Assembly (NCBI GenBank): GCA_046290225.1
Contig: JBKAGE010000038.1
Coordinates: forward strand, 160,001-224,000
Direction: 5' to 3'
DNA: 64,000 bases
Origin: Bradymonadia bacterium
GTDB taxonomy: Bacteria; Myxococcota_A; Bradymonadia; UBA7976; UBA1532
How positions within the stretch are numbered: the first letter of the stretch is position 1; every line of letters starts with the position of its first letter. This document shows, one piece after another, positions 48,041-57,555 of this stretch. The notes under the pieces were generated by a model, which saw nothing but the letters and a program-made list of their open reading frames with translations, was not told the origin of the DNA and ran no database searches. The position numbers and the translations under genes are program-made.

Positions 48041-48952
48041 CTACTGCTCCACGTGGTTGGTGTGCCAGTCGAAGTTGATGGTGTCGAACTGGATGTCGGT
48101 GTTGAAGGCCCGGACCGGCCCCACATAGGTGACGCACTGCCCAGCGGTGAGGAAGTCGCTGGAGCTGCGGAAGATGCCCACGCCAGCACCGTAATTGAAC
48201 GTATTCCAACAGCGGCTCGAGCCACCACAGCCCACCGGCTCACCCTCGAGGATCCCCGTAACCCTGACCACTCGATCGACATCGTCCACAGTGAGGGCTC
48301 GATCTGGCTCGAACACGTGGACCGGCTGGTCGACGTTCACCAACTCCCACTCGGCGGCCTTGGTGATTTGCCCCTTGCCCCGGAACAGATTCACCTCGGT
48401 GACCTTCACCGAGACCACGTTGCCCACCTGCATGTCGAAGGGCGGCACGCTGTCGGGCTCGTTCTGATCGAGGAAGAACTCCACCGCCCCATTGGCATCT
48501 TCGAGCCAGAAGCGCGTCTGGCTTGCTGGCAAGCCGCCGCTGCCGAAGAAGCTCGTCGCCGAGACCACCGCTTCGGTGATCTGCAAATCCACAGGGACCG
48601 AGGTCTCCTCTGCAGGGAACGCAGCCTTCACCGCGGCGATCCCCGTGTCCCCATCGGGCCACGGGGTGAAGGCGGGGGTGCCCCCGTTCGGCGGCTCGGC
48701 CCCGGGGCCGTTGATCTGGCCAGCGAAGTCGATGACCGCCGGGCAGCCCTCGGGGTTCGTCATGCCCCCACCTGCGCCGCCGATGGCGCCTCCGGCCCCT
48801 CCGATGGGCGGCGTCACCACCGCCTCCACGCCCAGATCGGGGCGGGTGCGGAACGTGCCGAGGGTGAGATCGGCCGGATCTTCCCCCTGATCGCAGCCGG
48901 CGAGGGCACACAACATCAGGGTGAGGCAGGCGGACGTGCGGTGGGTGGGCAT
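48041..48952 (-). CDS. Tandem OB-fold (YhcR/ExeM-like) lipoprotein
   Basis: Lipobox ALAGC. RFWLEDANGAVEFF...VGNVVSVKV.EV..FRG..QI. Second OB VVRVTG...GQCVTYVGPV. GGAG RBS. Confidence 0.72.
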   Translation of the reverse strand: MPTHRTSACLTLMLCALAGCDQGEDPADLTLGTFRTRPDLGVEAVVTPPIGGAGGAIGGAGGGMTNPEGCPAVIDFAGQINGPGAEPPNGGTPAFTPWPDGDTGIAAVKAAFPAEETSVPVDLQITEAVVSATSFFGSGGLPASQTRFWLEDANGAVEFFLDQNEPDSVPPFDMQVGNVVSVKVTEVNLFRGKGQITKAAEWELVNVDQPVHVFEPDRALTVDDVDRVVRVTGILEGEPVGCGGSSRCWNTFNYGAGVGIFRSSSDFLTAGQCVTYVGPVRAFNTDIQFDTINFDWHTNHVEQ

Positions 48953-49008
48953 GGGCGCTCCCCGGTGCGGGTGTGGGGCCGCCTTGTACCAAAGTCGGGG
49001 TGTGGATT

Positions 49009-49026
49009 GTGCTGAAAAATCAGCAC
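49009..49026. promoter_or_regulatory. Perfect palindrome upstream of the six-gene operon (possible operator)
   Basis: GTGCTGA-AAAA-TCAGCAC. Confidence 0.4.
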
Positions 49027-49076
49027 CAGCACATGTGTTCTACAAATGTGACCGCTCTGTCATCGGCCAGCGGCCC

Positions 49077-49781
49077 TCAGTGATTCGCCGGGGTCATGAG
49101 GGCCAGCACGAAGCTGATCCCCCACATTTGCCGTTGCCGATCAGTGAGGTCCATCTTGGCCACCTGGGCCTGGATGTCCTGCCAGCGCTTGCCCGCGTCG
49201 GCCCCCTGGTCGAGGGTGCCCATCTTCGCCTCGAGCTCGAGCGGCAGGGGCTTGATGCCGTGGTCTAGAATCAGCGCCCGGCGGATCAGCGCCGCCCGCG
49301 CCTGGACCCCACCTCGATGCTTCTCCTCGTCACAGACGCTGGGCTTGGGATCCTTGAGCTTCTTGCAGTAGGCGGCGGCGCAGGTGGCGAAGGCCGGCGG
49401 CGCGCCCTTTTTGTAGATGTCCTTGAGGCCATCATGGCAGGCCTTCTGCTTGAACAAAGGGGCACAGATGGCGTTGATGCGGGCGCGGCGCTCCGACTGC
49501 TTCACCTTGAGGTGCTGCGCCATCTTCGAGGCCAGAGCGCAGCGCACGAAGGGATCATCGGGCAGCTCCACGTTGCCCTGCTGGGTGCCCGGCTTCATGA
49601 TCTTCGTCGACGTCGCCTGAGGCTGACTGCCTGGGGCCTTCTGCGGCTGACTGCCCGGAGCCACCTGCGGCTGACTGCCCGGGGCGCCCTGCGCCGCGGC
49701 GTCACCTGCCCACAGGAGCCCCCACGCCATCATCAACAGCACCTGCTTCATCAGCCCTGGCTTCGCAAACATCCGGGTCAC
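49077..49781 (-). CDS. Secreted hypothetical protein with (APGSQPQx)3 repeats and Cys pairs
   Basis: Signal peptide ending AAA-Q. 24-bp repeats at about 49617-49688. Start uncertain. Confidence 0.7.
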   Translation of the reverse strand: MTRMFAKPGLMKQVLLMMAWGLLWAGDAAAQGAPGSQPQVAPGSQPQKAPGSQPQATSTKIMKPGTQQGNVELPDDPFVRCALASKMAQHLKVKQSERRARINAICAPLFKQKACHDGLKDIYKKGAPPAFATCAAAYCKKLKDPKPSVCDEEKHRGGVQARAALIRRALILDHGIKPLPLELEAKMGTLDQGADAGKRWQDIQAQVAKMDLTDRQRQMWGISFVLALMTPANH

Positions 49782-49904
49782 GGCGCACCTCTCGTCTCGT
49801 CATCGACAGAGCCCGCACAGCGGTGAGTGCGTTGACGGCTCGGTCGCGGGTATGTGAAACACACTCACCCCTGTCGGGGCATCAGCCACAGTTCGGGAGT
49901 AGGG

Positions 49905-51614
49905 ATGAGCGGCTTCGTCGACACATTCAACGAGATCCTCGAGACCGTCAACGGGATCATCTGGGACGAGATGGTCCTCTACGTGGTCATGGGGGTCGGG
50001 GTGCTGTTCACCCTCTGGAGCGGCTTTGGTCAGTACCGCGCCCTCACCCACGGCACCGCGGTCACCCTCGGCAGATATGACGACGATGACCATGGAGATG
50101 GCGCCATCAGCCACTTCCAGGCCCTCTCGGCGGCCCTCTCCGCCACCGTGGGCCTCGGCAACATCGGCGGCGTCGCCGTGGCCATCGCCATCGGCGGGCC
50201 CGGGGCGGTGTTCTGGATGTGGATGGTGGGCATCGTGGGCATGGCCCTGAAGTCCACCGAGGTCACGCAGTCCATGTTGTTCCGGAAGACCGACGACGCC
50301 GACAACCCCAGCGGCGGCCCCATGTGGGTGGTCACCCGGGGCAGCGCCGACAAGGGTCCTCTGCTCGCAGGCCTCGGCAAGGCCCTCGGGGTGACCTTCT
50401 GTATCACCCTGCTCATCAGCAGCGTCACCGGCGGCAACATGTTCCAGGCCTGGAACGTCGCCGACGTGACCTTCACCGAGTTCGGGATGAACAAGCAGCT
50501 CACCGGGATCATCCTCGCCGTGCTCGTGGCGGCGGTCATCCTCGGTGGCATCAAGCGCATCGGTCAGGTGGCGGGCACCCTGGTCCCCCTCATGTGCGGC
50601 ATCTATCTCGTGGCCGCCATCTATGTGCTGATCCAGACCTATGAGCAGATCCCTGCAGTCTTCGGCCTCATCATGGACGGCGCCTTCAACCCCGTGGGGG
50701 CCCAGGAGGCCTTCCTCGGCGGCACCATGGGCTATGCGTTCTTGTGGGGCATGAAGCGGGCCCTCTTCAGCAGCGAAGCAGGTCAGGGCTCCTCGCCCAT
50801 CGCTCACTCCGCCGCTCGAACCTCCGAGCCTGTCCGCGAGGGCGTCGTGGCGGGCCTGGAGCCCTTCATCGACACCCTGGTGGTGTGCACGCTCACCGCT
50901 CTGGTGCTGCTCTCGAGCGGCGCCTGGAACCGCGGCGCCGAGGCCACCTTCGACACCGCCCCTCAGGTGGTGGCCGGTGCCGACGCAGGCACCTGGACTT
51001 TGAGCGCCTCAGCGGCCACAGCCCCCGGTAAAACCCGCAAGGCGGAGTCCATCGGCGGCACCTGGAAGCCGGGCCAGGCGGTGTTCATGCTGTACGAAGG
51101 GGAAGAGGTCCAGGGCCAGGGCACCAACATGCACCGCATCATGGGCACCATCCAACCCGCAGAGGGCAACGTCTTCTCCATCAAGTGGGACGCGGTGAAG
51201 TCGAAGACCCAACCAAAACTGGTCAACAACGGGCTCTATGTGGACTACGTCGCCGCCAGCCTCACGAGCTATGCCTTCAACAGCGTGACCCCAGGGTTGG
51301 GCACCTGGCTGATCACCATCGCCGCGTGGCTCTTCGCGCTGTCCACCATGATCTCGTGGAGCTACTACGGCGAGCAGGGCATCGTGTACCTCTTCGGCAA
51401 CAAAGCGGTTCTGCCCTACAAACTGATCTATTGCGCACTGATCTTCGCGGCATGCTCCGGCCTCGTGAGCACCACCACCGAGCTGTCCAACCTCACAGAT
51501 CTCGGCACAGGGGTGATGCTGTGGGCCAACATCCCCATCATGCTGCTCTTCGCCCCTCGGGCGATGAAGGCCTGGCATGGCTACTTCGCTCGAATGAAGG
51601 CCAGAAAAGCATGA
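49905..51614 (+). CDS. Alanine/glycine:cation symporter (AGCS family)
   Basis: ISHFQALSAALSATVGLGNI, GGPGAVFWMW, FSSEAGQGS, FIDTLVVCTLT, SWSYYGE. Confidence 0.96.
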   Translation: MSGFVDTFNEILETVNGIIWDEMVLYVVMGVGVLFTLWSGFGQYRALTHGTAVTLGRYDDDDHGDGAISHFQALSAALSATVGLGNIGGVAVAIAIGGPGAVFWMWMVGIVGMALKSTEVTQSMLFRKTDDADNPSGGPMWVVTRGSADKGPLLAGLGKALGVTFCITLLISSVTGGNMFQAWNVADVTFTEFGMNKQLTGIILAVLVAAVILGGIKRIGQVAGTLVPLMCGIYLVAAIYVLIQTYEQIPAVFGLIMDGAFNPVGAQEAFLGGTMGYAFLWGMKRALFSSEAGQGSSPIAHSAARTSEPVREGVVAGLEPFIDTLVVCTLTALVLLSSGAWNRGAEATFDTAPQVVAGADAGTWTLSASAATAPGKTRKAESIGGTWKPGQAVFMLYEGEEVQGQGTNMHRIMGTIQPAEGNVFSIKWDAVKSKTQPKLVNNGLYVDYVAASLTSYAFNSVTPGLGTWLITIAAWLFALSTMISWSYYGEQGIVYLFGNKAVLPYKLIYCALIFAACSGLVSTTTELSNLTDLGTGVMLWANIPIMLLFAPRAMKAWHGYFARMKARKA

Positions 51615-51637
51615 CTCATTTCGGGCCACCCAAACAT

Positions 51638-51665
51638 TAAAGATACAACAATCGTTTACCGATAC
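51638..51665 (+). promoter_or_regulatory. Possible sigma28 (FliA/SigD) promoter
   Basis: TAAA-N16-ACCGATAC versus consensus TAAA-N15/16-GCCGATAW, upstream of the chemoreceptor. Confidence 0.45.
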
Positions 51666-51712
51666 CCCGAATGCGCAGCGCATTGCTGGTTCAAACTCTC
51701 GGGGGTTCTTTC

Positions 51713-52993
51713 ATGTTCGGTTTCTTGAGAAAGTCTGATCTCGCTGACAACGTCGATTTATTCGATGATGGCTTCTCAGGCGCTCCCAGCACACACAACA
51801 CGGCATCTGGCGTCGATCTCCAATGGATCCTCGACGCATTGCCGTTGAACGTGATCACGCTCGACCCGCAGACTCTGGTCATCACCAGTACCAACGCCCG
51901 GACGGTGGATTTCCTCAAGAGGCTGCGCGCCTATTTGCCCCCGAACGTGAACCCGGAAGGCCTCGTGGGTCAGTCAGTCGACATCTTCCACAAGGTGCCT
52001 GGCCCCATCCGCCAGATGTTGCTCGATCACAGCAACTTGCCCTTCAGAGGCCAGGTCCGTCTGGGGCCGGAAACCCTCAAACTCGATGTCAACCTGGTGC
52101 GAGATCCGAGCGGTAGAGTGCTCTGTCTGCTGCAAACCTGGGAAGTGATCACCGAGCGCATGATGAAGGTCGAGAGCTTTGAGGATGAGGCTGACGCCAC
52201 CCTGAACAACGTGACCGCAGCGGCGGCAAAGATGCGCGACACCGCCAATCAGCTGGCGACCTCCGCCGATCAAGGACAGCGTCAGGCGAACACTTCTGCA
52301 GAGCAGCTGCAGCAAGCAGCCAACAATGTACAGGTCGTGGCCAGTGCCACAGAGGAGTTGACCAGCTCCATCAGCGAGATCAGTCGTCAGGTGGCCGAGT
52401 CCTCTGCCATGGCGCAAGACGCAGTGGCGGAGTCGCAGCGCACCAACGACATCGTCGAAGGCCTCGTCGAAGCCAGCGACAAGATCGGCGAAGTGGTGAA
52501 CCTGATCTCGGAGATCGCGGAGCAGACGAACCTGCTGGCGCTCAACGCCACCATCGAGGCCGCCCGGGCCGGTGACGCTGGCAAAGGCTTCGCCGTGGTG
52601 GCTGACGAGGTGAAGAACCTCGCCAATCAGACCGCCAAGGCCACTGAAGACATTGCGCGCCAGATCAACTCGATTCAGGGATCAACCGGCCAGGCGGTGA
52701 AGGCCATCAGTGGCATCACCGAGACCATCGGGCGTCTGTCCGAGGTGGCGACGGGCATCGCCGCTGCGGTGGAGGAGCAAGGCGCCGCGACCCAGGAGAT
52801 CGCCCGGAATGTTCAGGAGGCCTCTCGCAGCACGCATCAGGTCTCAGACACCATGCAGTCTCTCGCCAGAGCAGCCACCGACACTGGGGAAAGCGCCAAC
52901 ACGGTCCTGGGCGCAGCCGACGACCTCGCCGAGCAATCGAGCGCGCTCTCGGTGGAGATCAAGCAAGTGCTGGAGATGATCAAGAAGCTCTGA
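51713..52993 (+). CDS. Soluble PAS-domain methyl-accepting chemotaxis protein
   Basis: No TM. PAS with VGQSVDIFHK. Signalling hairpin QTNLLALNATIEAARAGDAGKGFAVVADEVK. Confidence 0.95.
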   Translation: MFGFLRKSDLADNVDLFDDGFSGAPSTHNTASGVDLQWILDALPLNVITLDPQTLVITSTNARTVDFLKRLRAYLPPNVNPEGLVGQSVDIFHKVPGPIRQMLLDHSNLPFRGQVRLGPETLKLDVNLVRDPSGRVLCLLQTWEVITERMMKVESFEDEADATLNNVTAAAAKMRDTANQLATSADQGQRQANTSAEQLQQAANNVQVVASATEELTSSISEISRQVAESSAMAQDAVAESQRTNDIVEGLVEASDKIGEVVNLISEIAEQTNLLALNATIEAARAGDAGKGFAVVADEVKNLANQTAKATEDIARQINSIQGSTGQAVKAISGITETIGRLSEVATGIAAAVEEQGAATQEIARNVQEASRSTHQVSDTMQSLARAATDTGESANTVLGAADDLAEQSSALSVEIKQVLEMIKKL

Positions 52994-53058
52994 TCCATCG
53001 GGCCCACTGCAACCCCCCACCTTTCGCGGGGCCCTGCTGTTGGGGTATCTAAGGGCCC

Positions 53059-55254
53059 ATGATCCCGGATACCCTCATCGTCGTCTGCGTTTTGAGCGTC
53101 GGCGGCATCGCCCTCACCTGGGGCATGTCTCTGCTCTGGCGGTGTCTGGGGTTGCTCGGAGGCATACTCTGCGCAGTCTGGGTGGGCATCGCCTTCTTCA
53201 CCTTCGACCCTTCGACGCGCGATCTCAATCCCCTGCCCGGGGCCGAGCATCAACCTCTCAGCGCCACACAGTCGCCCGCACCGGAAGAGGTGTACACATC
53301 CTCTCGGGCCTGTCGTGCGTGTCACCCGGAGGCCTACGCCACCTGGCGCCGCACCTATCACCGGACGATGACTCAGCGGGCCTCTGAAGAAGCCATCATC
53401 CCTGAGTGGACCGGCACCCTCGAGGATCGAGGACGTACCTATCGGCTGTTCAAAGAGCGTGGTGGCTTCTGGGTAGACATGCCCGCCTACGGCACCAACG
53501 GCACTCGGCCAGAGGATCGCATCACCCGGCCCATCGTGATGACCACGGGCTCTCACCAGATGCAGATTTACTGGGTGCCGGCCCCCTGGGCAGAGACTGA
53601 AGCTTCAGAAGCCGAGGGGGAGGCCTACCGACGCCACTGCGGCCGATGCCATGTGTCCTCTGAGCATCAAGCCCTCGTGGCTGCTCCCGCCTGGGATCTC
53701 GACAACCAGGGCCTTCAGGCCGACGACATCAACGACATCTGGACGATGAAGGCCCACCGCAGGGCCTTCGGAGACATCAGCGAAGACGACAAGGCCCTGG
53801 CGCTGCGCCACCTGAAGCGCGGGCAGCTGGAAGGCCCGCTCACCCAGTTCCCCTTCTCGTGGTTCGTCCGGGAGAAGCGGTGGGTGCACGAGGAGTACAC
53901 CTTCCTGCAGCCTCCGGAAGATGACTACCGCGGCGAGCCCTATGGTGAAGACTGGAGCAACCGGTGCGATCAGTGTCACTCCGTCTCGCCGCGCTTCGAC
54001 GAGCAACTCGATGTGGGCAGCATGACGGTGGGGCAGGCGGAGGTGGCGGAGCTGGGCATCGCCTGTGAGGCCTGCCACGGCCCTGGCGCCGCCCACGTGG
54101 CCCGGCACCGGGATCCAACGGAGCGCTACCTGGAGCATCTCGGTCTGAGAGGCGAAGACGAGAAGCCCGACATCGTCAACCCCGCAGATTTGTCACCGGA
54201 GCGGTCGATGGCCGTGTGCGGGCAATGCCACGCCGAGCTGGTCTATCACGGCGACTGGAGCCAGCCGGAGACCGCCCGCTTCCGCCCCGGCGATCGCCTC
54301 GAGCTCTATGCCAATGTGCTGTACTACGAGCCAAAGCCTGATCAACGGCCAGACTGGCTCGCCAATGCCATCCGAGACGAGCCCGATCTGTTGCAGAGCG
54401 CTTTCTGGAAAGACGGCACCATGCGCATCGCGGGCCGGGATCTCAACGGCATCGCCATCTCCCCCTGTGCCACCGCCGGAGAGATGAGCTGCCTGAGTTG
54501 CCACGCCATGCACGGTCACTCTGATCCGGAAGACATGCTGGCGCCGAAGATGCACACTGATGATGCCTGTACGCAGTGCCACCCTGTGGTGGCGCAGAAC
54601 ATCGAAGGGCACACACACCACGGCGCCGACTCCACGGGCAGCCGCTGCTACAACTGCCACATGCCCCACACCACCTTCGGCCTGCTCAAGGCGATCCGCG
54701 CCCACCGGATCGACAGCCCCAACGCCGGGGTGAGCGCCGAGACGGGCCGCCCTACGGCATGCAACCTCTGTCACCTCGACAAAACCCTCGGCGAGGTGGC
54801 CGACCACCTGGCCGACTGGTACGGACATCCGATCCCGCCGATGACCGACGATCAGCGCGATGTGGCTCAGAGCGCCCTCCAGCTGCTCAAGGGGAACGCG
54901 GTGCAGCGCGGCATCATGGCCTGGCACATGGCCTGGCCCCCAGCCCAGGCGGTGAGCGATCCCTGGTGGTTCGGGCCCTACCTGGCCCAGCTCGTGGATG
55001 ATCCCTATGTGGCGGTCCGGTTCCTGGCCATCGAGGCTCTGCAGACCTTGCCGGGCTACGCGGACTTCGAAGCTGACTTCACCGGGTCAGATGACGCACG
55101 GGCCGAGGCGGCTCGAGAGGCGCTGCGTAGATGGCAGGCCCCTGCAGGGGCCAACGCCCCCCATGTGATGATCCAGAACGGTCGGTATGTGCGCGAGGCG
55201 CTGCTGCGGCTGCTCTCCCAAAGAGACGAAAGTCCCATCAGTATCAACGAGTGA
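53059..55254 (+). CDS. Membrane-anchored multiheme c-type cytochrome (9 CxxCH) with HEAT-like C-terminus
   Basis: CRACH, CGRCH, CDQCH, CEACH, CGQCH, CLSCH, CTQCH, CYNCH, CNLCH. N-terminal TMs. DDPYVAVRFLA. Confidence 0.92.
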   Translation: MIPDTLIVVCVLSVGGIALTWGMSLLWRCLGLLGGILCAVWVGIAFFTFDPSTRDLNPLPGAEHQPLSATQSPAPEEVYTSSRACRACHPEAYATWRRTYHRTMTQRASEEAIIPEWTGTLEDRGRTYRLFKERGGFWVDMPAYGTNGTRPEDRITRPIVMTTGSHQMQIYWVPAPWAETEASEAEGEAYRRHCGRCHVSSEHQALVAAPAWDLDNQGLQADDINDIWTMKAHRRAFGDISEDDKALALRHLKRGQLEGPLTQFPFSWFVREKRWVHEEYTFLQPPEDDYRGEPYGEDWSNRCDQCHSVSPRFDEQLDVGSMTVGQAEVAELGIACEACHGPGAAHVARHRDPTERYLEHLGLRGEDEKPDIVNPADLSPERSMAVCGQCHAELVYHGDWSQPETARFRPGDRLELYANVLYYEPKPDQRPDWLANAIRDEPDLLQSAFWKDGTMRIAGRDLNGIAISPCATAGEMSCLSCHAMHGHSDPEDMLAPKMHTDDACTQCHPVVAQNIEGHTHHGADSTGSRCYNCHMPHTTFGLLKAIRAHRIDSPNAGVSAETGRPTACNLCHLDKTLGEVADHLADWYGHPIPPMTDDQRDVAQSALQLLKGNAVQRGIMAWHMAWPPAQAVSDPWWFGPYLAQLVDDPYVAVRFLAIEALQTLPGYADFEADFTGSDDARAEAAREALRRWQAPAGANAPHVMIQNGRYVREALLRLLSQRDESPISINE

Positions 55255-55405
55255 AGGGTTTAACCTTCCGCCCTTGGCATCCACTTCAGGGTTTGTGGCA
55301 TGTGTGAGATCGAGCAACGCTGAGCGCGGGTCCTCACAGACCCTCCTGTGCAGAGATGATGCCGACCTCTAAGCGTTCGGTCTCGAGAGGACGTTACGAG
55401 ATCTG

Positions 55406-57478
55406 ATGAGTGGCGACCGCACCAAAGGCTCTGACCTGCAGCAGAGCTTCACCCCCACCACTGTGGAGGGGGTCTCCGATCACGTGGTGGAGCACCACCG
55501 TGGCGATCGCCGGGGTGCGGCAGTGGGCTCGGTCTTCCCTGATCCACAACGCATGATGCCCCTCGACCCGTTCACCATCCCAGCCTGGTTTCGTCGACCT
55601 GCGGACTCCCTGGCGCCTGTCGTGAGCCCGTTTCCGGAGACTGGCGCCACCCCTGTGGACGCCGGTGCGCTCCAGCGCAGCGATACACCGATTCACCACC
55701 CACCGACGGCGGGTGAGCTGCCCCCCGAGGCAGATCCCTTCGCATCGACATGTGCACCCGAGCCGCCGAGCACCGAAGATGACGGGATGACGATCCGCGA
55801 GATCCCGCCCATGCCTCGGCCTGGCGCCTCACACCGCAAGACCCAGCACACGCTGCTTGGGCTGAACCGCGCCCAGGTCGAGGCCCAACAAGTCGCCTCG
55901 GAAGAGCTGCGCACGGTACGGGACGTGGTGCCCCCCTCGATGGACTCGCTGGATTCGATCCACCGCTCCAACGACGCGCTCAGCGGCTCCACGGATCACC
56001 GGGAGCGTCCGGTGGATCCCACCGGTGCAGTTCCGATGCCCCAGACGCCTGTAGATCCCCACATGGTGGCGGGCCGATACAAGATCAGGTGCCGCATCGG
56101 CACGGGCGGTATGGGGGTGGTCTATCTCGCGGAGGACACCCGCCTGCACGGGCGACTGGCGGCACTGAAAGTGCTCAACCCCTGGGGTCAGCCCGAGGTG
56201 GAGAAGGCTCGCTTCGAACGCGAAGTGCGGGTGATCTCCAGGCTGCGGAACCCACACACGGTACAAGTCTCTGATGCGGGCCTCCTCCCCGATCAGCGGC
56301 CCTTCATCGTGATGGAGTACATCGAGGGGCACTCCCTCGGTGACCTGCTCGACCAGGTCTACGCGCTGCCGCCCATTCAAGCCCTCGAAGTCATCGAGTG
56401 TGTGCTGGTCTCTCTCGAAGAAGCCCACGCTCGGGGCGTGATCCACCGGGATCTCAAACCCGACAACATCATGATCCGCCGTATGGACGGGCGTCGCATG
56501 CTGGTGCAGCCGGTCTTGCAGATCAAAGTGCTCGATTTCGGCATCGCCCGTGACTACAACGCCGGCCAGCGAGAGCAGCGTATTCTCGATCGACGTCTTT
56601 CGGGAACGCCGGCCTATATGGCGCCAGAGTTGTTCGCCAGTGCCCCGAGCGATGCACGCTCGGACATCTATTCGGTGGGCGTGTTGCTGTATCACATGCT
56701 CGCCGGACGCCTCCCCTTCGATCCAGACGATCAGCTGCCCCCTCGAGCGCCGAAGCTCCAGGGGGCCATGCGCATGGCCTGGATGCACCAGGAGCTGCCT
56801 CCTCGATACATCCCCAACTGCCCTGAGCCTCTCTGGGGTCTGATCCTGTCGCTGTTGTCGAAGCCCCCGGGCAAACGACCTCACAGCGCGGCGATGGCTC
56901 TGGAGCAGCTCGAGCGCGTCAAGGAGACGCTCGGGGTTCAAGGGGAGCACCCGCTCGTCCCACCGCCTTCTGACAGCTACAGTGGTGATCGACACTTCCG
57001 CGAGGCACCTCAGCCATTGCTCCGCCCTCAGCCGGCGCAGCCTCGAGAGCGTCGCCTCACCCCACCTGCGCTGGCCAATCGCTCTTCGTTCTGGAGTCGC
57101 TCGGCCATGGTCCTGCTTCTGGCCCTCGTCGGCGCCGCAGCAGTGGCGGTGTACTTTGCCCGGGATGCAGAAGAGTCCGGCTTCGGTGATCCTGTGCTCG
57201 ACACCCCCTCTGCTCTGGGCAGTGGTGTGCTGGATCCGGGTGGACGCTCAAGCAAGGCCTGCTGCACCTGCGCCAGTACGCTGACCTCTGATCCTCCAGG
57301 GGCCGAGGTCTGGTTGGGCAACACCGCCATCGGCCAGACCCCGATGACCCTCGACCGACCTTGCAGCGAGATCTGGCAGCTCAGGCTCACGGCGCCCGGG
57401 CATCAACCCCGGCTGCTCCGCGTAGAAGGCCGATCGCCCACGGGGCGTCCGTTCCACGCCAGCCTCGAGCGGGATTAA
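55406..57478 (+). CDS. Ser/Thr protein kinase with TM and PEGA-like domain
   Basis: IGTGGMGVVY, ALK, HRDLKPDN, DFG, GTPAYMAPE. C-terminal TSDPPGAEVW..IGQTP. Confidence 0.96.
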   Translation: MSGDRTKGSDLQQSFTPTTVEGVSDHVVEHHRGDRRGAAVGSVFPDPQRMMPLDPFTIPAWFRRPADSLAPVVSPFPETGATPVDAGALQRSDTPIHHPPTAGELPPEADPFASTCAPEPPSTEDDGMTIREIPPMPRPGASHRKTQHTLLGLNRAQVEAQQVASEELRTVRDVVPPSMDSLDSIHRSNDALSGSTDHRERPVDPTGAVPMPQTPVDPHMVAGRYKIRCRIGTGGMGVVYLAEDTRLHGRLAALKVLNPWGQPEVEKARFEREVRVISRLRNPHTVQVSDAGLLPDQRPFIVMEYIEGHSLGDLLDQVYALPPIQALEVIECVLVSLEEAHARGVIHRDLKPDNIMIRRMDGRRMLVQPVLQIKVLDFGIARDYNAGQREQRILDRRLSGTPAYMAPELFASAPSDARSDIYSVGVLLYHMLAGRLPFDPDDQLPPRAPKLQGAMRMAWMHQELPPRYIPNCPEPLWGLILSLLSKPPGKRPHSAAMALEQLERVKETLGVQGEHPLVPPPSDSYSGDRHFREAPQPLLRPQPAQPRERRLTPPALANRSSFWSRSAMVLLLALVGAAAVAVYFARDAEESGFGDPVLDTPSALGSGVLDPGGRSSKACCTCASTLTSDPPGAEVWLGNTAIGQTPMTLDRPCSEIWQLRLTAPGHQPRLLRVEGRSPTGRPFHASLERD

Positions 57479-57555
57479 ACTCTCACCCCCCGCCGGACAC
57501 CAACGGCCCTTTCGTGGCACACTGCGTCCCCCTTTGCTCACCCTGACGAGGTGTC

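Noticed and set aside
57514..57540. TGGCAC upstream of the MYXO-CTERM protease (also 36875-36881 on minus) as sigma54 promoters
   Set aside because: No TGC at the required -12 spacing
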